DNA from: Laetmonice hystrix
Taxonomy: Eukaryota
Direction of reading: 5' to 3'
DNA length: 64,000 bases
NCBI GenBank assembly: GCA_965235115.1
Contig: OZ249453.1
Coordinates: 13,888,001-13,952,000 of the forward strand
Of this stretch, positions 24,701 to 36,322 are shown one piece after another; position 1 is the first letter of the stretch; each line of letters opens with the position of its first letter. A model generated the notes under the pieces. That model had not been told where the DNA came from. It worked only from the letters and a program-made list of their open reading frames with translations, and ran no database searches. Made by a program: the position numbers and the translations under genes.

Positions 24701-25609
24701 GAAAGGTGGGCTAAATATATTGGTTTGAGATCCACTTATTCTTTTCTTTCTTTTCCCTTGGGTGGATTTGAGGCTGTTTTGGGGTCATTGAAGAAGAGTT
24801 TGGGGGTTAGGTGGTTGTGCAAGCTGGCGGAAGGTTTATCTTGTAAAAACATGAGTTTTTGATATCAGGGCCATTCGAATTTATATAAAGTCGTTAGAAA
24901 AGACTGTAGCAGCTCTACGAAATTTTCATGGTTTCCTCCCGTTATCGGCTCACGATTAAGGGGGAACTTGTCGTAAATGTTTCGTGATTCACGCCTTCTT
25001 TAGGAAAAATGGGGAGTGTAAATGCGGTACTCAGATCAAGTGCGCATGACCGGAACCCCACTGCCAACCGGTTCCGGTTGACACGACCTCGGCGTGCTGA
25101 CCTGTGTTGTTATTTCACGTGTCACGTTCTGACTGCGCAGCTTAATGAATTGTGGCTAGTCTGACTTCTTCACGTCACTATGCAATGCTTAGCCGTTACT
25201 TTTTACCCCCAGCCTTATGCCTTCATTCGTTGTGAGTACCCAGCCCGTCTGCGGCCCTCGTTATGTCTTGAGAGAAGCCGGGTTGTGGTCCCGTTGTGAC
25301 AGATTTACTGCAACCTTCCGATGAGTAGCGCCCTTACGTTAGAAGGACTGTTAACGGTGTTAAATTATGAAAGCCAAACGAAAATCAATCATCTGCAATG
25401 TTTGTAATCGGTCCGCCTCTACTTTTTCTCCCGTTTTGTTTTTATGAAATACAGCCATTACCCTTTCACCCTTTAAGATGTTGATTTTCTTTGAATTAGC
25501 GCATTTTAAAAAATAATTGCAATACTCAACATCCTCCCTTCTTTCCGGGAATATATAGAACATTTCTGGGCGGAAGACTAGAAGATCACCACCCATACAA
25601 CGACTAAGT

Positions 25610-25770
25610 GACTGACTGACTGACCGACTAAGCGTCTGTCTGTCTGTCTGACTGTCTGTCTGTCTGTCTGACTGATTGTCTGACTGACTGACTGATTGAC
25701 TGATTGATTGTCTGTCTGACTGACTGTCTGACTGATTGTCTGTCTGACTGACTGACTGACTGACTGACTG
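25610..25770. repeat. Compound (GACT)n/(GTCT)n microsatellite
   Basis: Tetranucleotide runs read directly. Confidence 0.9.
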
Positions 25771-27138
25771 AAGAAAGTCGTGGACTGTTGAGCCATATTC
25801 AGGGCGAGAATAAACTCTTTAAAACTTATTTAGTCTGTGACCTATTGTAACGCCATGTCCAAGGGGGGTGATGATGAAGATGTTCATGCTTGAGACTGAG
25901 GCCAGTATACGTTGACTTGTGTATCCAATCAAACTATGCCATGAAGGCAAAGGTAAACAGATACTTAGAGAATTATAAATGTAATGAAGTTATGATATAA
26001 CGTAAATTTGCATTCATCCATGTCGCATACGTCGTAAACCGCTGGCTATGTACTGCCTCACCACGGATATGGGAGATAACGACATAATAATTATTACATG
26101 ACGATTAAATAGTATCATGGGTTCCCATATAACCCCTCCCCCCTCTTTCTCTCACTGGTGGGAATTTTCCAGTCTTCCCCTCAAGAGCAAGACTGATTTG
26201 TCCCATTTTCCACAAGCCATCACCATCCATGATTTAGAAAGGCGCAGATGATTAGTGCCTAACGTTTCCTGAAGAAAGCGATGACTGGATGATTTTATTA
26301 CTGTCCTAATGGCGCCAGTTAAGAACTGTCAGGCTAATTTTTTAAGAGGGCTCATGGGAACAATGAAGAACTTTTAACTTGATTAACCATGCTGATTAAT
26401 TGGTATTCAGGGCCAAATATTTCAGTAGGATTCAAGTTGGGTTCTGCGTACGTGCTGGGTTAATTTGGCGAAGAAGAGACCTGGATGAAATGGTGCTTGT
26501 TTCATATTCCACTCAGTACGAGTTCCTCCTCAGGTTTCTTTTTTGTTTGTTTCCGTTTTTTTTTTTTTTTTACCGTCTTGGACTGATTTTATTTCTCCCG
26601 GAGTTTGAATAAACATAATATTTGACTTGAGACAGCTTTGAATAGTGACAGGTATCGCTATATTTTGAATGCTGTCGCAGCTCACTTGAGCTACCGTGTG
26701 GGGCTTCCACTGAGTTTGGTCAATAATAACAAGTCTCTGTGACCGGAAGGTGGAGAGGACTCAGTGGTGACAATGGCGGCGTGGGACATCACCCAGCCCA
26801 AACACATATCTCAGAATCGATCTTCATGGCTGGACCCGTCCACTGGACGCTTCGGACAGCGCTGGCAGCGGCTCGAGGGCCGCGGATCTTCTGTATCGTA
26901 TTGAAGGTTAAACGGAGGTCATCGCTGTCAGGGATGTCGAGCGAGGATGGCGTGAAAGGCATTGTCGTGGCTGGAAATTGTCTGTGCAAGGATGGCGTGG
27001 AACTGGCTCCCGGACATGAGATGTTCGTACTACTTACTGAGGCGGTACAGTCGACTCTGGCTGGCCCGCTCTGTGACAGCTTTCCCCGGTGGACTCTGGC
27101 TGGTCCACGGTGGACTCTGGCTCGTCCACTAGGGACCC

Positions 27139-27180
27139 CCCTCTCTCTGTCTCTCTCTGTCTCTCTCTGCCTCTCTCTCT

Positions 27181-27222
<42 letters not shown>

Positions 27223-27565
27223 CTCCCCTCTGACTGGACACCATGCACCTCCCCCTCATCTCCCCCTGCGCCTCCACAGGTCTTGACACTACCTCCTCCT
27301 CTACTCCTCTTACTCTTCCCTCGCATTCTCTCTCTTCGTCTACCTGCCTCCGTCTTTATCCCTTGGCCATCTAGCTTCTTGTCCTCCTCCTCCTCCTCCT
27401 CCTCCTATCCTCCTCCCTCTGGCTGGACAACTCCTGGCTCCATCTTGACAGCACCTCCTCCTCCTCGTCCTCCTCCCTCTGGCTGGACAACTCCTGCCTC
27501 CATCTTGACAGCACCTCCTCCTCCTCCTCCTCCTCCTCCTCCTCCTCCTCCTCCTCCTCCTCCTA
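27139..27565. repeat. (CT)n and (CCT)n microsatellites with a ~60-bp local duplication
   Basis: CT run ~27139-27229; CCT runs 27384-27565; CCTCCCTCTGGCTGGACAACTCCTG…CATCTTGACAGCACC repeated twice. Confidence 0.9.
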
Positions 27566-28051
27566 CCCTCCTCCAGAGACAGCCGGTCGGGCGCCCCTCC
27601 TGTAACCTTCCCGGGGGTGGCAGACCCTGGGCCCGCGCCAGCCTCCCGTAAGACGGCCGTAATCGGGCCGACTCCCTCGGGAACCATCTCCCAGTTATGA
27701 GGGCACCTGTCATGCTTGGAAATGTCTGCTAATCATTTCAGACAGTCTGTACCATGACACCGCCACCGTGTGCCGCAGCAGGTTCACCACCAACAGAATG
27801 CAGACGTCGAGTTGTAATAACCCGCAGAGTTTTATCAGTTACCCTATAGATTTAATTCTCCACGGAAATTTGCATATCGCTCGCTCGTCATAACGTTTAA
27901 TTCAGGCAAGGGAACCCCTCTTGGCAGAGGTAAAGAAATTTCAGCAATACCACGGTTACTACTTGAGTTAAATTGGATTGTGTTGCGTTGGCACACACAT
28001 CCATAGAATCTATTGATAGAAATAAATAGGCCTACGTTAACTTATCTGAAA

Positions 28052-28960
28052 CTAGGATAGCCAAGGTCATATCGCCCGTCTCCTCAAGCTAGGATAGCCA
28101 AGGTCATATCGCCCGTCTCCTCAAGCTAGGATAGCCAAAGGTCAAGTGGCAGGTCTCCTCAAGCTAGGATAGCCAAGGTCAAGTCGCGCGTCTCCTCAAG
28201 CTAGGATAGTCAAGGTCAAGTGGCAGGTCTCCTCAAGCTAGGATAGGCAAGGTCAAGTGACAGGTCACCTCAAGCTAGGATAACCAAGGTCAAGTCGCCC
28301 GTCTCCTCAAGCTAGGATAGCCAAGGTCAAGTGGCAGGTCTCCTCAAGCTAGGATAGCCAAGGTCAAGTCGCCCGTCTCCTCAAGCTAGGATAGCCAAGG
28401 TCAAGTGGCAGGTCTCCTCAAGCTAGGATAGCCAAGGTCAAGTGGCAGGTCTCCTCAAGCTAGGATAGCCAAGGTCAAGTCGCCCGTCTCCTCAAGCTAG
28501 GATAGCCAAGGTCAAGTGGCAGGTCTCCTCAAGCTAGGATAGCCAAGGTAAAGTGGCAGGTCTCCTCAAGCTAGGATAGCCAAGGTCAAGTGGCAGGTCT
28601 CCTCAAGCTAGGATAGCCAAGGTCAAGTCGCCCGTCTCCTCAAGCTAGGATAGCCAAGGTAAAGTGGCAGGTCTCCTCAAGCTAGGATAGCCAAGGTCAA
28701 GTGGCAGGTCTCCTCAAGCTAGGATAGCCAAGGTCAAGTCGCCCGTCTCCTCAAGCTAGGATAGCCAAGGTCAAGTGGCAGGTCTCCTCAAGCTAGGATA
28801 GCCAAGGTAAAGTGGCAGGTCTCCTCAAGCTAGGATAGCCAAGGTCAAGTCGCCCGTCTCCTCAAGTTAGGATAGCCAAGGTCAAGTGGCAGGTCTCCTC
28901 AAGCTAGGATAGCCAAGGTCAAGCCGCCCGTCTCCTCAAGCTAGGATAGCCAAGGTCAAG
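28052..28960. repeat. 37-bp minisatellite (TCTCCTCAAGCTAGGATAGCCAAGGTCAAGTGGCAGG / …GTCGCCCG)n, ~24 copies
   Basis: Period 37 (28321 to 28358); two interspersed variants GTGGCAGG and GTCGCCCG. Confidence 0.95.
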
Positions 28961-30289
28961 CCGGCCGGCTTATCTTGAAGTGTTTTCAAGATATGAATCG
29001 TCGGAAATGTTCCTGACCTTGATTGACCTCCAAACGAAACTTAATATGACTTTCTGACCTTTGTTTATAGAAAGTATATGGCTACCTTGTTCACGTATAT
29101 TTAATCTGAACCCAAAATAAATTGGTACCCTTGGTGCCCATCATATGCCTTCCCCTTTCACCAAGTTTGAAAGAAATCCAGACCATTTTGTATTGCAGTT
29201 ATTGCTCCAAATGATATCCAAGATGCCCACGCAATTTGACTGATATCAAAAATATGTCTGACCTGCATCATCCTTAGATTATCCCTGATCATGTTATAAT
29301 CTCTCATGCATGCAAGGCTATGTCGTTATCTTCAATTGTTTTGGAGATACAGGCCATGACCTTTTTTTATTATTAGCATAACTTTGCTCAAGTAGAAAGG
29401 GACTATGATAAGGTATCCGGTCTCCCGTCCCTTCTGCTCTGGGTTCAATTGAAATAATTGAGTTCCTTACGATAAATACATTACATAGTGGCGCAGGTTT
29501 GGTAGGCAAGACTTGTGTAGTGCACCAGCGCCACCTACAGGCACTTCTAGCGGCCTGACGCCTTCTTGACTAATATATAGGGCTGCCATGTTGGCGTATT
29601 TGCTCTTAACAGAGTGTACATTGGCATATCCATACCCCTCCCCCCCCCCATTTGCTTCTACCTCGCACCAAATTTGAAAGACATCGGGAGTTATTGTTCA
29701 AAATGTGTTTACATCCCAGATGGCTGCCAAGCCGCCATTTTGAAATATATAAGAAACGTCTTTGACGTGCATCATCATCCTCAGACCATCCCTGATCATT
29801 CAGTAAAGTTTCATGCAAATTGACGCATACACTTGCGAGAAATCGCTTGCACAGCAGGAGCTCAGCAATCCTCAGAGGCACCCCCTGGTGGCTACCAAAT
29901 AATGATATCAGAAAACGATAGGTGGCAGCACATGCGTTCAGCTAACAGACTTGCAGGGATCACTGCATTGATTTCTTGTAGATTACGACTTAGAAAATTG
30001 TCGGTCAACACAAGGCTATAGTGCGTGGCTACTGTTTCCCGATTTATTGATGATTCAAACGCTAGATACAAGATAATATAGAAATAGCAGGTTGTTAGAA
30101 ACATGACTTGTAGGGCGTCATTGCCCTCCATCCCGTCAGCTTGGTATATCGGTGGGCGACCTCACCAGGCCCCTTGCTGGTTGCCCTGAATTCGTTTCTG
30201 ACTGCAATTTGTGGTGAGAAGCCTTTGATCAATAACCTTATAAATGTATATAACCTACAACTCATTTATTCCTAATTGTTACATTTTAG

Positions 30290-32143
30290 ATGTTTACATC
30301 TGGGATGACACGTCCGACTTCCAATACAGTGGCAAGCGGCGACTTGTTGCAAACGGTAATTACTTTCGTCACCAAGGCAAACAAGCTGAGGTCGAGCTAG
30401 AAGACGGCTGGGGAAGGGGTCACGAGGTCAAGGTCAGGCTGGAGGTCAAAGGTGGCGATCGCCAACCACAGGGTGTCATGCCTGACGATCAGAGGTTGGA
30501 TAATGAAGACGATGACAGAGGAGCAAAGTCTAAGGACAGGGCCTTGGAATACTGCAATCCTCCCGAGGACATCTCAGGAGGAGCTGAAGGTACGACCTCA
30601 AACAGCCCGGTCTAATTGCAATGATTGCCAGGTTATTAGCATTAATTAAAAATACTCATGATGTATGATCGTCTTAGCATAGTATGCAACACGTCATCAA
30701 ATATAGATCTATGCTGAAAATGTTATCGAGAGAAAGTCGTCCACCTATATCAAAAACACCTGAGGAAATATCGTTTTATTTTAACCTTTTTAATCACAAC
30801 TTCCGTTCTCCCAGACCGATTTTGAAAACCAGAGCTGTGTACATTGTTGGTATTTTTTTGATAACTTGATTAAAAAGTTAATGTGTAACTGACCTTCCTC
30901 ACTTGTTGCCTTCCTGATGACAGGCCAGGTACCGGCCGAGTACAACCTTGAACACGTCCATGCTGTGATCCGTCATGGGGTTCGATCATCCATGTACGCT
31001 GTGCCGGGCTACGAGACCCCTTGGATCCCGTGTGAGGTGATCGAGTCGCTAACCGCCACAGACCACACTGCCCGTTCCTACGTGAAAACTATGAAACGGA
31101 CGTGGGCTGGCCTCGCCCCTGAAAGTCAGGCGTTCCGCTTCGGTCTCTTCCCCCACAGTCGGTACTGTGAGGGCGCCCAGCTCACCGGCCGTGGTGCAAT
31201 GCAACAGATCCGAAACGGTCAGCACCTGCACAACGTCTACAAGAACCGGTGGGGACAGGAGCAACGTAGTCTCAAACCAAACCAAGTGCACGTTTTCTCC
31301 ACTGAATATTCACGAACCTACCAAAGTGCTATCGCTTTTCTGTTTGGACTTCTACCAGATCACAATCCTTCCTCTGTCCCAGTCATGTTCTCCCGTTTCA
31401 CAAACTTTTGCTCAACAAAGCTGACGGGATTAACGTGTGACTGCACAATGGCATACAGGTTAGAGGCAATTATTAAAAAAGAGTATGGAAAACGGTCGAG
31501 GAATAGTACATTACATGCTCACATAAAGAAAGACATATCGAACATCCTTGGTGTACCCAAAAACAAACTCCCTTGGGTGTCTGCACTCTCCGACGTTTTC
31601 AATGGTCACATCTGTCACAACATCAACCTCCCATGTTCACGTGTCAACTCGTCTCTGTGTGTCACGTGGCCGTTAATAGGTAAAGTGTGGGAGTTCCTTG
31701 ACACCAACGGTGCTGCTCAGCTCGCCAGCTACGCCTACCAAAGACAGCAACGTTTGCTGATGCATCCACTTCTGCACATCATCAGCCATCGCATGTACAA
31801 CGTAACGCTTGGCCGTGAGGTGACAAGATTTGTCCTCTACTCGGGTCACGACAAAACCGTCACGCCACTCACAACTGCCCTCGGCTTTCACGACGGAAAG
31901 TGGCCCAGCTTTGCTGCAAGGGTAGTCTTCGAAATGTACAGCAAGTCGGAGAATGACTCCGATAAGGACGTATATTATATCCGTGTACTTTACAATGGCC
32001 AGGATAAAACTCAAATGTTGCGCTTCTGTAAAGGCAAACTCGTCGATGGGTTGTGCCCTTTTGACGTGTTTCAACATTACGTGTTTTATGAAGACCTTCA
32101 ATATTTTGGTAAGAATACCTACCAGGAAGCGTGTATGTTGTGA
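30290..32143 (+). CDS. PXYLP1: 2-phosphoxylose phosphatase 1-like histidine acid phosphatase, copy A (5' coding exon not resolved)
   Basis: Exons 30290-30589 and 30924-32143 (phase 1, GT-AG). RALEYCNPP…EG, RHGVRS, SRTYQS, CHN…LPC, LYSGHD, FAARVVFE, VRVLYNG-like YIRVLYNG and CPF…Y..AC follow the PXYLP1/ACPL2 pattern as recalled. Candidate hydrophobic exon 30114-30213 lacks an in-frame ATG. Confidence 0.88.
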
Positions 32144-33889
32144 CATGGTCCTATACCGGGCTAGTGTCATGGTGTGGGCGGATTTTATAATGAAAGTGTA
32201 AGGAAGATAGCGCTTGTGCCGATGTTTGAATCAATAAAGCAGAGTAACATTTTTGTATAAACTGACCCGACTTATTGCGTTTGTCAAGAAAGAGACGTTG
32301 TATTGTTAAATTCCGAAATATGGTCACTACTTTGATATCCATTTTTTGAAGTATAGGTAGGCCTATTCTGGAATATTTAAAGAGCATGGTGGTTTTTTTT
32401 CTTTTTTCTTTTATTATATTAGTAAAAGAAATCTTTTTAATCCCTGCATTTCTATCCTTGCTGCTGAAAACGCTGGCCGTATTCAGTGTTCTAATTCTAT
32501 ACATCTTGAAGGTTTGGGAAAAAAGACTTTAAATCTGCATGTATTGCCTAGGCGTGTTTCATGCATCAGTTTTATTCAGTTATTGTTTACAATGAAGACC
32601 AGGTAAAATATGGCAGAAAGCAATCAGTAATTGAATCTAGCTTTCATTTGAGTGGGTGAAAACCAGAGTCTGCTATGTAGCATTTCTGTCAATATGAGTT
32701 AGGTGCATGTATTTTTAACATAGAGTTCTTTCTATGCCAGAGACTCCTATGTTGCAGCTTCATTGTATAGATCATAGGTGGCAGCACAAGACGCTGTCGT
32801 TCAGTGAAGACCAGATAGTGGATGGGCCACACCCTACTATCGACAGTCCAAGATGCAAAAAAACGTATGTCAAGAATCAGAGTAGAATCTGGTTCTCATC
32901 CCTAACAATACAGTTTGATTGTTAGTATAGCGCTTCTAAATCACAAATTTGTCAACCCCCCCACTTTTTGGGAACTTTCACTCAAAAATATGTGGTAGAA
33001 ATTATTTTAACCAAAGATATCAATATTCGAGCAAACTACTGATATTAAATAAACTGGAAACTTTGAACCCCATTTTCCCAAATTTTGACTTTGTGGGATA
33101 GTAGACTCGGGTCCTTGACCACTCATTTGCACTCAGATGTTAACATATATCCTCAATGGGAATAAGGTTCATGCGTCAATTTCCAGGATTCAAAGATGGG
33201 AGGGGGGGTTCGTGTAGGCCCCTATCAACTCACTACACTTTGTATCTAATCGACGGCTATACTAGCACAAGCTATTGTAAATCCGAAAAAATAAACCGGC
33301 CATATTATGAAAAGAGGCGCTTGTGCGTGTGGTTTTTTTTACCTTCAGTTTATTTATAATATTGGCAACGCCCCTGGTACCGCACTAGGCATCTATCTAT
33401 AGGGCCTACTGTCAGCCACATTTACGAACGTAGGCCTACGGACCGACGAACGTAGGCCTACATGGATTTACGACTCCTTTACGACTTCAGGTTGGAAGTT
33501 GATGGCTACCACATCACTCACCACATTATAGACCTACCTCCGCATCGCCTGCCCGTCTTCCCAGCCCCCTTCACCCCCCCCCCCCCCCACACACACACAC
33601 ACCCACACACTGCCTTCATGGTAACCGAGAACGTCAGATCGATTTTAGCAAGCGGCCACTGTCTGTGTGTTGGAGTAGCCGGGCGGCGGGCGGCATACAA
33701 GTTACCGGTACCAGCCGGCAGACAGCGGCCAGGTGAGATCGCGAGAGAAACCTTGACTCAGCTATTCACGGGGAAGGTGATTGTGCCAGCACACTATCAG
33801 TGCCTGGAAACGTGCCGACCTTGGCTGCGAGACATGTTGGCAGAGAGATGGTTGATGTAGTGATAGCCATGCATTCCGTCACGACTGGG

Positions 33890-34440
33890 GTCGGTGTTAC
33901 GTCTACAAGCAAGCACACACTGTCGCAGACTCAACATGCTCCCCGAGAAGGCCTGCGGTAAATAGTGTGGCCCTATTTGGATTGGAGAACTTCAAAGTGC
34001 GCCCATTGACATCAAGGTACGATTCATGTACAGACATTCGCCGTTTCAATATCTGCATGTTTAGTACTGTAATTATTACCTGATCCTCTAGAGGACGCCA
34101 AATTCTGGGAACCTTGCCTTCCGTCACTGGCCGCCTCCAGCTCCAGCTGGATCGTGGAGGCGTAGATTGTTCCTGGCGTGGCCATTGATTCACTGTATTG
34201 TGGTCGCACCATGCAGTGTCCGTACCGGGGACAACTTGGCAGTAACGTAAGTTTCGGAATCTGTGAGTGGTAGTAGTAGGCCGATCTGTCTCAGCCCAGA
34301 CTTGAAAGCGCACGACGTGTCAGTTATTGGTCCAGACGGGCAAGGGGCTGGAGCGACGGGCGTGGGCTGAGTTGGGGTTGACGTTATGGGAGGAAATTGG
34401 AGCCAGCTGCCTGACGTATTTGATCATGCCTTGTTTCACA
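33890..34440 (-). mobile_element. Degenerate Ty3/Gypsy pol (RT-RNase H) remnant
   Basis: Frameshifted minus-strand pieces in Gypsy order: GMIKYVRQLAP (cf. LGMV.Y..KF.P), AYYY…KLT, QLELEAA (cf. YSQ.ELEAL), TIYRRP (cf. I.YRPG); by-eye similarity only. Confidence 0.35.
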
Positions 34441-35325
34441 ACACAAGTGTGCTCTCCGTGCGTAGATAGGCCTATATATCCACTTAGACAAGGACTATCT
34501 GCAAGACTGTAACTTAACTCCCCGGGAGGAGATGAGTTTTCAAACGGTCCAATGGGATGCAAAAACAATTATGGGTGAAAATGACGACGTGCCTGTCCGT
34601 AGCGTATATGTAGTCTAAAGTCTGGTTTCCACTGTGGTGTGCACATTTCCGTTTCCCATTCGACCGTTTGTGCCTATTTCCTATCGGAGCGTTTCCATGT
34701 GAACGTTTTGTAGTCCGATTTGAATGAAACGCGCACATGGAAACACTCTCATATAGGAAATAGGCATAAACGATCGAATCGGAAACGGATAACGGAAACG
34801 TAGACATGTAGGCCTACACCCGGCTTTAGGGTCGTAACTAAGGGTCCAGGAGCAAAGTACCTACATTCTTTTCCTTTGTAATATAGGAAAATCTATGACA
34901 AACACAGAGTAATTTGACTTCCATATATTCCGATTGGTATATTAATTATTAGACCTCTTTACAGTTAGCAGTTTGGGTAATTGACTCACTCGTTCCGATA
35001 ATTATTGATCGGCCGTTAGTGAGTTGTGTGGTGATGCTACCGCGCCAACGTCCCCAAGGTAACTGTAAACAGTTTCGATATCGCGAGAGCAACAACATTT
35101 CTCATCAGTGTCTAATGCCCGATTTCCACCGGACGCGAGCGAGCGAATTGTTTTGGTGCGCGCGCTCGCGTCAAAAGTAGAAATGTAAGAGATTGCATAA
35201 ATTTCCACCAGAAGCGCGTCCGGTTTTTACGCCCAATTAGGCCTACCCCTTGAAAATAATTAACGTTACCCTTGGTAGTCCTACTTTCTTCTTATAAATA
35301 GGCCCTTTACTTGGGCCTAATATTT

Positions 35326-35529
35326 CGGTACATCGCCCGTGGTAACTTAACCCCCACGAAATTTGGTCGAAAGTATAAGATCCATAGCCCTGACCTTATC
35401 TCTAACCCTTAACCCCGGTCCCTACACCTTCCAAAAACTTATCCCTATCCCATCCCTATCCCTATCCGGGACCTTAACCGGAACCCGTGCCCAAAAACTT
35501 TGTGGGGAATTTACCATTGGGGAATAACG
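35326..35529 (+). mobile_element. ~200-bp dispersed MITE-like repeat; further copies at 39270-39427 (+, partial) and 53343-53525 (-)
   Basis: Shared CACGAAATTTGG…ACCTTATCTCT.ACC..TAACCCCGG.CCCTAC…TGTGGGGAA.TTACC; subterminal inverted motif CCC.TGGTAACTT / AAGTTACCATGGG. Confidence 0.6.
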
Positions 35530-35580
35530 AAAATTTCATAGTACATTGTATCCTCCGCGTCCTAAATGGGCCATCTGGCA

Positions 35581-35869
35581 AGCAGGTGGAAACTGTAATA
35601 CACGTTACACAGCAGGTGGAAACTGTAATACACGTTACACAGCAGGTGGAAACTGTAATACACTTTACACAGCAGGTGAAAACTGTAATACACGTTACAC
35701 AGCAGGTGAAAACTGTAATACACGTTACACAGCAGGTGGAAACTGTAATACACGTTACACAGCAGGTGAAAACTGTAATACACCTTACACAGCAGGTGGA
35801 AACTGTAATACACGTTACACAGCAGGTGAAAACTGTAATACACGTTACACAGCAGGTGGAAACTGTAAT
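35581..35869. repeat. 30-bp minisatellite (GCAGGTGGAAACTGTAATACACGTTACACA)n, ~9.5 copies
   Basis: Period 30 read directly. Confidence 0.95.
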
Positions 35870-36072
35870 AGGCTCACATAATTTGATGTCACAATACGCC
35901 CACACGATGACAACATGTCATAGCCATATAGCCATGACATGAGTCTGCCCCTACAATACTCCCCTACAGCCTTCGTTTGCCCTTCAGCCTTCGACACACA
36001 GACAGCACAGTGTCGCTTCTCCCCGAACACATGTCTGTGTGTACATCACCTGCCATTTTGAAAATAGTTTTG

Positions 36073-36206
36073 TGACGTCAGCCAAGCAAGATGGCGTTCT
36101 GAGTCTATTTCCCGAAATGAGTGGCGACATCTGGTGGCGATAAGAACCTAATGGGGAATCTATACCAACAGATGGCGCCACCAGTACAACTGGCGCCATC
36201 TGTCGG
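36073..36206. promoter_or_regulatory. Motif cluster upstream of PXYLP1 copy B: CRE, YY1-like and three CTCF-like sites
   Basis: TGACGTCA 36073-36080; CAAGATGGCG 36087-36096; CCACCAGATGTCGC (-, 36124-36137), CCAACAGATGGCGC (+, 36165-36178), CCGACAGATGGCGC (-, 36193-36206). Motif evidence only. Confidence 0.35.
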
Positions 36207-36322
36207 GTATAGGTTCCTCATTGCGAGAAATCCTGAGACATGATCATTCAGTGCACAAGTATAATACCTGACACCTTTCTTTTCATCCTTTCTAGATCTC
36301 CAGCCATTACTGTTCAAGCAGA

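Noticed and set aside
26739-27130. GC-rich segment with coding-like composition
   Set aside because: No recognisable family in any frame and no convincing splice sites; left unannotated pending a profile search.
27089-27713. Poly-Pro, poly-Gly, poly-Arg and (ER)n ORFs
   Set aside because: Products of (CCT)n and (CT)n microsatellites, open on both strands; no consistent exon structure found.
14699-28960. CRISPR-like appearance of the 25-, 37- and 45-bp arrays
   Set aside because: Units are head-to-tail with no unique spacers, there are no cas genes, and the context is a spliced eukaryotic genome.
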